DNA of 64,000 nt from contig CAWCMR010000005.1 in assembly GCA_963796685.1 (NCBI GenBank), positions 288,001-352,000 of the forward strand, written 5' to 3'. The first letter of the stretch is position 1, and every line of letters begins with the position of its first letter. Source of the DNA: an uncultured delta proteobacterium (lineage in GTDB: Bacteria; Myxococcota_A; Polyangia; Fen-1088). Made by a program: the position numbers and the translations under genes. The notes below the pieces were generated by a model. It was given only the letters and a program-made list of their open reading frames with translations, made no database searches and was not told the DNA's origin. Below, in pieces: positions 54,571 to 64,000 of this stretch.

Positions 54571-54602
54571 ATCGATGTTTGTCAATATAGATGTATGTCG
54601 AT
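54571..54602. promoter_or_regulatory. Tandem putative ArsR operators upstream of arsR
   Basis: ATCGA-N6-TCAAT (54571-86) abutting ATAGA-N6-TCGAT (54587-602). Confidence 0.65.
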
Positions 54603-54668
54603 ATATTTCGAGCGCCCGCGGCGGGATGCGGCGTGCGGAGCTTCGCGAACAAGGATAAGTAAAGGACC

Positions 54669-56378
54669 ATGATCGAACGTGACACCATGAAAGCGGGCGT
54701 CGTCTTCGTCGGCGGCGGCCCGGCCGGACTCTCCGGCGCCCTGCACCTGACCAACCTCATCGCCAAGCACAACGCGGCGGTGGGCAAGGGCGAAAAAGTC
54801 GGTAAGCCCATCAATGAGGAGACCCTGGGCGTGGACATGGTCGTCGCGGTCATCGAGAAGGCGGCCAACCTGGGCGATCACATCCTCTCGGGCGCGGTCA
54901 TCGAGCCCAAGGCGCTGGCCGAGCTGATCCCGGACTTCAAGGCCAAGGGTGCGCCCATCGAGGGCGAGGTCAAGAGCGAGGGCGTCTACTTCTTCACCAA
55001 GAGCCACGCCTTCAAGCTCCCTGTGGTGCCTCCGCAGATGAACAACCACGGCAACCTCATCGTGGCGCTGGGCAAGCTGGTGAAGTGGCTGGGCGAGCAG
55101 CTCTCCGCCGCCGGCGTGGACGCGCTCACGACATTTGCGGCCCAAGAGGTGCTGGTCGAAGGCAACAAGGTCGTCGGCGTCCAGCTCGGCGACAAGGGCG
55201 TCAACCCCGACGGCACGCCCAAGGGCATCTTCGAGGCCGGCCCCAACCTGCTGGCCAGGTGTACCGTCTTGTGCGAAGGCACGCGCGGCTCGTGCACCAA
55301 GCAACTGGTCAAGAGGCTCGCCCTCGACGAAGGACGCAATCCGCAGGCCTACGCCACCGGGGTGAAGGAAGTCTGGGAATTCGAAAAATCGCCCCTACCC
55401 GCGGGCCACATCATCCACACCATGGGCTACCCCATGGACAGCCACACCTTCGGCGGCAGCTTCATCTATGCCATGTCCAACAACCAGCTCGCCCTCGGCG
55501 TGATCACCGGGCTCGACTACCATGACCCGCTCATCGATCCACACCTGCAGTTCTGCAAATTCAAGCAGCACCCGTTCGTCAGGAAGTTGCTCGACGGCGG
55601 CAAGGTGTTCTCCTACGGGGCCAAGACCATCCCCGAGGGCGGGTACTACTCCATGCCCAAGATCGGCATGGACGGCGCGCTCCTATGCGGCGACAGCGCG
55701 GGCATGGTGGCCATGCCCAAGCTCAAGGGCGTCCACTACGCCATCAAGAGCGGCATGTTGGCCGCGGAAACCTTGTTCGAGGCGCTGACCACGAACGACT
55801 TTTCGCAGAGGCAGCTCGCCAAGTACGAGACCGCCGTGACGAATTCGTACATCGTCAAGGACATGTACCCAGCGCGCAATTTCCGCCAGCTCATGAAGGC
55901 GGGGCTGGTCGGCGGCACCATCCAGGCCGGCCTCATGACCGTCACCGGCGGGCTCTACCCACTCGACAAGATCGTCCTCGAGGAGGATCACGAGGACACC
56001 AAGAAGTTGCTCGAGGTCTATCCCCAAGGCGCGCCGACGACCACGTTCAAATACGACAACCAGGGCCTCACCTTCGACAAGCTCACCGACGTCTACCACT
56101 CGGGCGCGCGCCACGAGGAGAAGCAGCCCTGCCACCTCAAGGTCGACACCAGCCACTGCCAGCGTTGCGCCGAGGAATACGGCAACCCGTGCGAAAAATT
56201 CTGCCCCGCCAACGTCTACGTGGTGGAGCGCGACGAGACCACGGGTAAGTTCCAGAAGCTGCGCATCGATTTCTCGAACTGCGTCCACTGCAAGACGTGC
56301 GACATCAAGGATCCCTACGGCGCCATCAACTGGGTGCCCCCCGAAGGCGGCGGCGGCCCGCTGTACAAGAACCTTTAG
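54669..56378 (+). CDS. Electron transfer flavoprotein-quinone oxidoreductase
   Basis: GGGPAG, HILSGA, GAKTIPEGG, KLKGVHYAIKSG, CPANVY...NCVHCKTCDIKDP, WVPPEGGGGP. Confidence 0.93.
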   Translation: MIERDTMKAGVVFVGGGPAGLSGALHLTNLIAKHNAAVGKGEKVGKPINEETLGVDMVVAVIEKAANLGDHILSGAVIEPKALAELIPDFKAKGAPIEGEVKSEGVYFFTKSHAFKLPVVPPQMNNHGNLIVALGKLVKWLGEQLSAAGVDALTTFAAQEVLVEGNKVVGVQLGDKGVNPDGTPKGIFEAGPNLLARCTVLCEGTRGSCTKQLVKRLALDEGRNPQAYATGVKEVWEFEKSPLPAGHIIHTMGYPMDSHTFGGSFIYAMSNNQLALGVITGLDYHDPLIDPHLQFCKFKQHPFVRKLLDGGKVFSYGAKTIPEGGYYSMPKIGMDGALLCGDSAGMVAMPKLKGVHYAIKSGMLAAETLFEALTTNDFSQRQLAKYETAVTNSYIVKDMYPARNFRQLMKAGLVGGTIQAGLMTVTGGLYPLDKIVLEEDHEDTKKLLEVYPQGAPTTTFKYDNQGLTFDKLTDVYHSGARHEEKQPCHLKVDTSHCQRCAEEYGNPCEKFCPANVYVVERDETTGKFQKLRIDFSNCVHCKTCDIKDPYGAINWVPPEGGGGPLYKNL

Positions 56379-56393
56379 CGTCTCCGCACGCGC

Positions 56394-58233
56394 CTACCCC
56401 TCCGCCAGCATCGCCTCCAGCTCGGACCAGCGAGCGTAGAGCGCGTCCACCTCACCTTGGGCGCGCTCGATCTGCGCGATCAATTCCACCAGGCGGGTGG
56501 CGTTGCTGGCCAGCTCGGGACTGGCTTGCTCGGCTTCGAGCGCCGCCAGGCGCGCCTCGGCCGCGGCGATGCGGGCTTCCATGCTTTCGAAATCGCGCTG
56601 ATCCTTGTAACTGAGCTTGCGCCGGGACCCGCCCGCCTGCGGGCGCGCAGCCGCCGGCCTTTCGCGCACGGCCGCGGCGGCCAGCTCCCCGCGCTCGGCA
56701 GCGTACCAGGCCTCCCACTGGGAAAGCCCCACGAGGTGCGCGGCCTGTCCGCCGGGAAGCTCGGAGAACGCGAGCAGCGAGGTGCTGGTGCGATCCAGGA
56801 AATACCGATCGTGACTGACCAGCAGCACGGCCCCGTCGAAATGGATCAGGGTTTCTTCGAGCACGTCCAGCGTGGCCAGATCGAGGTCATTGGTCGGCTC
56901 GTCGAGCACCAGCACGTTCGCGGGGCGCAGCATGAGGCGCGCCAGGGCCAGGCGGCTTTGCTCGCCGCCGGAGAGTTGGCCGACGCGCAACTTGCCCTGC
57001 TCCGCGCGAAAGAGAAACCGGCCCAGGTAGCCGTTGACGTGCACCCAGGTGCCGCGAAAGTCCACCTGATCGCCGCCGGGACACAAGGTATCGATGACCG
57101 TCACGTCGGGATCCAGGCTTTCGCGCTGCTGCTCGAAATACGCGACCTGAAGGTTGTCGGCGCGAATCACCTCGCCCGCGTCCGGCGCCTCTTGCCCCAC
57201 CAGCACGCGCAGCAAGGTGGATTTGCCGCAGCCGTTTTTCCCGATGAGCCCCAGCCGGCTGCCCGGCCCGAGAAACAGGTCGATGCCGCGAAAGATCTCC
57301 TTGCCCTGGTAGGCCTTGGCGATCCCCTTGGCTTCGATGAGGCGCTTGGGCTTTCGCCCGCCGCTGCCGAAGTCCAGCGCCGCGGTGCCGGAGACGTTGC
57401 GCGCCGAGAGCTCTTCCACCGCGCCCACCAGCGCCTCGGCGCGCTGGATGCGCGCCTGCTGCTTGGTCGAGCGGGCTGGCGCGCCACGCCGCAGCCACTC
57501 GGTCTCGCGGCGCAAGGTATTGCGCAGGGAAACCTCCCGGCGCTCTTGCGCGGCCATCAACCCGTCCTTGCGTTCGAGAAAGGTGGCGTAGTCGCCGTCG
57601 ACCGACAGGAGCCCACCCTCGTTGCGGCGGTCGAGCTCCAAAATGCGATTGGCGACGCGCTGGAGAAACAGACGATCGTGGGTGACGGTGACGGTGGCGA
57701 AGGGCGCCTCGGCCAGGAACTTCTCCAGCCACAGGATGCTTTCCACGTCCAGGTGGTTGGTGGGCTCGTCGAGCAAGAGCAGCTCGGGCTCGCGCACCAG
57801 CTCGCGCGCCAGGGCCACGCGCTTGCGCCAGCCGCCGGACAAGCGCTCGACGAGCGCGTCCGTCCCGGCCTGCGGCCCGGAGAAGCTCCAGGCGGGCGAT
57901 CAGCTCATCGGCCCGCGCCGCCGCCTGCCATTGGTGATCGTGGTCGACGAGCCCGAGGGTCGGCTCCAGCACCGCCTCGCGCACGGTTTGCCCGGGTCGA
58001 AACCCGGGCACCTGCGCCACGTGGCCCACGCGCAGCCCGCGGCGCAGCGCCAGCTCGCCCTGGTCCGGCGAGTCCACGCCGGCCAGGATGCGCAGCAAAG
58101 TGGTCTTGCCCGCGCCGTTCGGGCCGATGAGCCCGATGCGCTCGCCCTCGGACAAGGTGAACCCCACGCCCTCGAACAAGGGACGCGCCGAGAAGGATTT
58201 ACCGAGATTGCGGGCCGTGGCCAGAATCGCCAT
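56394..58233 (-). CDS. ABC-F family ATPase (Uup-like); apparent +1 frameshift at 57884
   Basis: GPNGAGKT, LSGG, LDEPTNHLD; second ABC GKNGCGKS, LSGGE, LDEPTNDLD; C-terminal KLSYKDQR coiled coil. Confidence 0.9.
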
Positions 58234-58281
58234 GCGGCCGGGAGTATAGGGGCGAAATCGTAAAGCGCCGCCTGGCACCAG

Positions 58282-58630
58282 CTAATAATTGCACCCGTCG
58301 ATGGGCGGTTCTCCGGGGATCGGCGCCGTGCACGACAGGCACTGCATCCCAATCTTGGTGCCGGCTGCCAGCGGCCCAGCATTGATCTCCGCCCGGGTCC
58401 GCAGGACGTTTACCAGTTGACCGAGGCCTGGGCATTTCGTCGTGTCGTGGACGAGTTGCCAGCAATCGGTGGAAATCGTGTCAGGGGTCGCGCCAGCATC
58501 GCACTGGGGCAACGAAGCGGGGTTTTCCTGGTAGACGCCGTTTGCATCGAGCGTGCGGTAGGCGACGCGACAGTCTGCCTGGACGCCGGGAGTATTTGGA
58601 TCCGTGTCGATGAGCTTGTCGTTGACACCT
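58282..58630 (-). pseudogene. Orphan C-terminal fragment of a myxobacterial Cys-rich surface protein
   Basis: Protein-like sequence VNDKLIDTDPNTPGVQADCRV...CWQL...C...MQCLSC begins abruptly near 58630 with no credible start or signal peptide. Confidence 0.55.
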
Positions 58631-58644
58631 CTTAGGGAAAATCC

Positions 58645-58683
58645 CGCGGCACCCTGCCGCACCCAACTGGACAACGTGCCGCA
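58645..58683. promoter_or_regulatory. Candidate enhancer sites for a sigma54 activator
   Basis: GCGGCA-ccc-TGCCGCA and TGGACA-acg-TGCCGCA, 22 bp apart; related site at 62823-62838. Confidence 0.45.
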
Positions 58684-59003
58684 CCTCGGACCACTCGACG
58701 CAATTCGAGTGCGGATGCCGCAGATGGCGGATGCGGGAAATGCCTATCGAACAGGCCTGACGCTTTTCAGTGCCGACAGCCACGCGTCCTCGCCAGCGGC
58801 GAGCACGATGGTCCTGAGGTTCTCGTAGGCGACTGGGTCGTGATGCAGCTGTTGCAGTTCGCGGGAAGGGACGAGAGCTTGAACAGATCTTCGAGCAGGC
58901 GGCGCAGCGCCAAAGCAGACCATGGATGCCTGAGATCGGATGTCAATTTGGCCATTCGGGGTCACCTTTCGAGCGTTCGGGTCTTGCCTTGCGTGTCCGA
59001 TCT

Positions 59004-59020
59004 TGCACGTCCGGTGCCAA
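59004..59020 (-). promoter_or_regulatory. sigma54 -24/-12 promoter
   Basis: Minus strand TTGGCAC-CGGAC-GTGCA. Confidence 0.55.
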
Positions 59021-59037
59021 CATTCCGGCGACGGCCC

Positions 59038-59053
59038 CGGCACAGCCAATGCA
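59038..59053 (+). promoter_or_regulatory. sigma54 -24/-12 promoter
   Basis: CGGCAC-AGCCA-ATGCA, 30 bp before the receiver gene with its AAGGAG RBS. Confidence 0.55.
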
Positions 59054-59082
59054 AGGCATCCATCTTTCGAAGGAGAACCCTC

Positions 59083-59523
59083 ATGACGAATGTTTCCGAT
59101 GATCGCGAGCTGATCCCGGGCCTGGCTGTTGCGACGAGGCCACTGCCAGTATTGCGCATTGCCATCGCCGACGACGATCCTGACAGCTTGGACTTGCTGC
59201 GCTTGGCCCTCGAGAGCCCGGCGACCGCGATCTACGAAGCTGTCACCGGAATGGAATTGGCGCGATTGCTTCTGGAAAACGATCCCTTCGACCTCGTCGT
59301 GACCGATGTCCTCATGCCATGGATGGAGGGGCTGCAGGTGCTGAGCTCGGCACGAAAGGCCAAGGTCATGACGCCGGTCCTGGTCATCACCGGACTCGTA
59401 CGTCCCGATGTCCAGGACACGGTCGATCGCCTGGGCAACGCAAGACTGCTGCGCAAGCCGTTCGGAATTCCCGAGTTGCGCGCGGTCATCTCCGAGCTGA
59501 CGCGCCGACAACGACTCTCGTGA
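59083..59523 (+). CDS. Single-domain response regulator (receiver)
   Basis: IAIADDD, DLVVTDVLMPWMEG, VLVITG, LLRKPF. Confidence 0.9.
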   Translation: MTNVSDDRELIPGLAVATRPLPVLRIAIADDDPDSLDLLRLALESPATAIYEAVTGMELARLLLENDPFDLVVTDVLMPWMEGLQVLSSARKAKVMTPVLVITGLVRPDVQDTVDRLGNARLLRKPFGIPELRAVISELTRRQRLS

Positions 59524-59552
59524 GCGCGCCGAGCCCGGTCAAGCGCCCGCGG

Positions 59553-60914
<1,362 letters not shown>

Positions 60915-60940
60915 ATCGTCAACCCTATCATGGGGGCCGA

Positions 60941-62281
60941 GTGACACGGACGAGACTTCGCTGGCGAGGGCTGCTCGGCACGAACGAGCCGAGCGCGGGC
61001 AGGCTGACCAGCTGGCCTGTCATCACAGCTTTTGGCCTGGTCGCACTGCTCATCGCCGGAATGATTGGGTTCGATGTGTATTTCTCCGAAGAGGAGGCGC
61101 GGCGAAACATCGATATCATCGAGAATGCCCAGCGCTCCATCATCCTGCTCAATGACATCCGCATCGACGCCAAGCGCATCACCGCCACCGGTGATGTCCA
61201 CGAAATCGATCGCTGGCTCGAAGACATCGCCGCCGATTCCCGCAGCTACGATCCCATCGCCACCTACAGGGGGGAGCGGGACGAGTGGAATCATCTTCAG
61301 GGCCTGCTGCGGCAGCTCCCGGGCAAAGCCCGCGAAAAGCCCGAGGCGACGCGCGCGCTGGAGGAAGCCATCGACACGTCCGTCAATGACCTGGTCGCCA
61401 TCAATGCCGCCGCGGGCCGGGGCAACGCCGATGCCATGCGGGCCGCGCACCGCCAGGCCATCTGGAGCGACGTCATCGTCGGGGGTATCGCGCTTGCCAT
61501 CGTGGCGGCGATTTCGCTTTGGCTCCTGCGTGCGCTCGCGCGCCAACGCCGACTGGTCCTCGAGCACGTCCGCCTTCTGGGCAAGCAAAATGCCGAGCTC
61601 GAGGCTTTCGCAGGCCGTGCCGCGCACGATCTGCGCAGCCCGATGAATCCCATCCGTGGCTACACGGATCTCATCCTCGAATGCCCCGGGCTGCCGGAAA
61701 AGGTCATCTCCATGGCGCAGCGGATTCGTCGCGCCGTCGATCGCATGGCGCGTGTGGTCGACGACATGCTCGCGCTCTCGGTTTCGGGGCGCCCACCCGA
61801 GGGTCGCTCGTCGACGGCCGTGGTGATTGCCCGCGTCCTCGAAGAGATGGGCGCGGAACTGCAAGACGTAGAGCTGACGACCAGGTTGAACGCGGGTCAA
61901 GCAGCCTGCGCCGAAGGCGTTTTGTCCCAAATCCTGCGCAACCTCATCGGCAATGCCATCAAGTTTCGCGCGCGCTCGCGGGATTTGAAGATCACCATCG
62001 AAGCCCGCGATGCTGGTCCCATGGTCGAGATCGCCATCGAAGACAATGGTATCGGGATGGATCCCGAGAACGCCAAACACGCCTTCGAGCCCTTCTACCG
62101 TGGTCTGGTCGACCGGGAAGTTCCAGGTCATGGTCTCGGCCTGGCCATCGTCGAGCGAACAACGAGAGCCCTGGGCGGAACCTGCGAGCTACGGTCGGTC
62201 CCGGACCGCAGCACGCGCATCCTGGTCCGCCTTCCAGGTGTGCGAACCGCGCACAAGACGGAGACGCGGGCTCCGCCTTGA
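60941..62281 (+). CDS. Sensor histidine kinase
   Basis: Two TM helices, AHDLRSP H-box, NLIGNAIKF, DNGIG, FEPF, GHGLGLAIV. Start position is uncertain. Confidence 0.9.
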   Translation: MTRTRLRWRGLLGTNEPSAGRLTSWPVITAFGLVALLIAGMIGFDVYFSEEEARRNIDIIENAQRSIILLNDIRIDAKRITATGDVHEIDRWLEDIAADSRSYDPIATYRGERDEWNHLQGLLRQLPGKAREKPEATRALEEAIDTSVNDLVAINAAAGRGNADAMRAAHRQAIWSDVIVGGIALAIVAAISLWLLRALARQRRLVLEHVRLLGKQNAELEAFAGRAAHDLRSPMNPIRGYTDLILECPGLPEKVISMAQRIRRAVDRMARVVDDMLALSVSGRPPEGRSSTAVVIARVLEEMGAELQDVELTTRLNAGQAACAEGVLSQILRNLIGNAIKFRARSRDLKITIEARDAGPMVEIAIEDNGIGMDPENAKHAFEPFYRGLVDREVPGHGLGLAIVERTTRALGGTCELRSVPDRSTRILVRLPGVRTAHKTETRAPP

Positions 62282-62289
62282 GCCGGTCG

Positions 62290-62682
62290 CTACGTCGAGC
62301 CTCCCAGCAACTCGCTGACGGCCTCGCGCACGGCGGACACGACAATCGGCTTTCGCAGAAGCCGGGCATTGCCAAGCCCAGCGACCTCGCCTGCAAGGCC
62401 TGGTCGCGAAATGCCGCTGAGGACCAAGACCGGCGATTGAACATCCGACCCACGCGCCGATCGGATCGCCGCAATGCCATCCATCCACGGCATGTCGATA
62501 TCGGTCACAATCAAGTCGAAAGGCCCGCGCTCGGCAAGCATCATCAGCAACTCCGCACCACTGGCAGCCTCGTAGATCGAAGTCGTCGGGCCACGCAAAA
62601 TGTCGCCAAGCAAGGCCAACGTCTCGGAATCGTCATCAGCGATCACAACTTTCGCAACCATCAACGTGTCCCGCTCGTCCAT
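62290..62682 (-). CDS. Single-domain response regulator (receiver); paralog of 59083-59523
   Basis: VVIADDD, DLIVTDIDMPWMDG, LGNARLLRKP. Confidence 0.9.
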   Translation of the reverse strand: MDERDTLMVAKVVIADDDSETLALLGDILRGPTTSIYEAASGAELLMMLAERGPFDLIVTDIDMPWMDGIAAIRSARGSDVQSPVLVLSGISRPGLAGEVAGLGNARLLRKPIVVSAVREAVSELLGGST

Positions 62683-62699
62683 GCCGATAGCTTCAGGGA

Positions 62700-62715
62700 T
62701 GCATCCGGGATGCCA
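62700..62715 (-). promoter_or_regulatory. sigma54 -24/-12 promoter
   Basis: Minus strand TGGCAT-CCCGG-ATGCA just upstream of the receiver gene. Confidence 0.55.
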
Positions 62716-62869
62716 GCGTTCGCGGATCGGAACGCGGTACTTTGGCGGCCGGCCGCTGGCGCAGGCATGGCCGGTGCGGCGAAGCGTAGCCTGCCCATCC
62801 TAGACAAAGCACCGCACCAGCCGCGGCGGTTTGGCGCACCCTCGGCATGGCGCCGCCAATGGGGGGCTT

Positions 62870-63856
62870 CTACCCGTTCACGTGCTGCAGAGCAGCCTCG
62901 GGATAGCGCGCGCCCGAGGCCGCACCTTTGGGCGCCACGGCGTCGATGCGAGCAAGCTCGTCGGCGGACAAGGCGATGTCGAGGGCGGCGAGGTTTTCTT
63001 CCAAGTGCGCGCGTCGGGTGGTGCCGGGAATGGGAACGATGTCTTCACCCTGGGCCAGCACCCAGGCCAGGGCCAGCTGCGCCGGCTTCACCCCCCGATC
63101 GCGCGCGATCTCGGACACCTGGTCCACCAGCGCGAGGTTCTTCTGGAAATTCTCGCCCTGAAAGCGGGGCGAAAATCGCCGGTAGTCCTTTTCAGGCAAG
63201 TCCTCCAGTCTGGCGAAGCGGCGGGTGAGGAATCCCCGGCCGAGAGGGCTGTAGGCCACGAAGGTGATGCCGAGCTCGCGCACGGTGGCCAGGAGCTCGT
63301 CTTCGGGATCGCGGGTCCACAACGAATACTCCGTTTGCAGCGCGGAGATGGGATGGACCGCGTGCGCGCGCCGAATCGTCGCCGGCGATGCCTCCGACAG
63401 CCCGAGGAAGCGCACCTTGCCGGCCTCGACGAGCCGGCTCATGGCGCCCACCGTGTCCTCGATGGGAACCTGCCGGTCCACGCGGTGCTGGTAGTAGAGA
63501 TCGATGTGGTCCACGCGCAACCGCTTCAGGCTGGCGTCGCAGCACGCACGCACGTATTCGGGGCGGCCGTTGACGCCTTGGAAGCTCCCGTCGCTGCCGC
63601 GCATGTTGCCGAACTTGGTGGCCAAGACCACCTCTTCACGCCGGCCTTTGATGCCTCGCCCGACCAGCTCTTCGTTCTTGAAGGGTCCGTACATGTCCGC
63701 GGTGTCGAGAAAGTCGAGCCCGCGGTCCAGGGCCAGCTCGAGCGTGGCCAGGGATTCCTCTTCCGAGGCGCCGGCGTAGAACTCGCTCATGCCCATGCAG
63801 CCGAGGCCGAGGGCGGACACGGACAGGTTGGAATGACCCAGTTTGCGTCGTTGCAT
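62870..63856 (-). CDS. Aldo/keto reductase
   Basis: [42 protein letters not shown]. Confidence 0.95.
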   Translation of the reverse strand: MQRRKLGHSNLSVSALGLGCMGMSEFYAGASEEESLATLELALDRGLDFLDTADMYGPFKNEELVGRGIKGRREEVVLATKFGNMRGSDGSFQGVNGRPEYVRACCDASLKRLRVDHIDLYYQHRVDRQVPIEDTVGAMSRLVEAGKVRFLGLSEASPATIRRAHAVHPISALQTEYSLWTRDPEDELLATVRELGITFVAYSPLGRGFLTRRFARLEDLPEKDYRRFSPRFQGENFQKNLALVDQVSEIARDRGVKPAQLALAWVLAQGEDIVPIPGTTRRAHLEENLAALDIALSADELARIDAVAPKGAASGARYPEAALQHVNG

Positions 63857-64000
63857 GGAAATCTCCTGTGAATCTACCCCTCTTTGGATGCTGCGGATCC
63901 GCGCAAGGGTATCAGAGCACGTCGAAGAAGTCCGCCCGCACTTCACAGGCAACCCCTTTCCATCGGCCACGCCGATCGGATAGGTTGTGCACATGGCAGC

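Overview
High-GC window from a myxobacterium (Myxococcota, Polyangia-like). The assignment rests on cysteine-rich CGDG repeat/fibro-slime proteins, a MYXO-CTERM-like tail, AgmX/PglI-type domains and a Hanks kinase; hydE suggests anaerobic capability. Housekeeping and stress genes include clpB-dnaJ-lon, maf-yggS-guaD, metY, serS, ihfB, an acyl-CoA dehydrogenase, ETF-QO, an ABC-F ATPase, arsR-arsM-acr3-arsC and a vapBC pair. Accessory content includes a decayed polymorphic toxin with an Imm71/Imm72 immunity gene, a stand-alone SIR2-family gene, a GH45 endoglucanase lipoprotein next to a fibro-slime protein, a surface-protein/metalloprotease cluster (22.2-29.6 kb) and a mirror-symmetric sigma54 signalling cassette (58.6-62.9 kb). 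Several short inverted-repeat elements are present: two copies of a CTAG-flanked MITE, one TTA-flanked MITE and two REP-like palindromes. Eight apparent single-base insertions break otherwise intact genes; seven lie at AGCT and one at GATC, which looks like a methylation-linked sequencing artefact. No rRNA, tRNA, CRISPR array or transposase was recognised. All family assignments come from motif recognition by eye, not from database searches.
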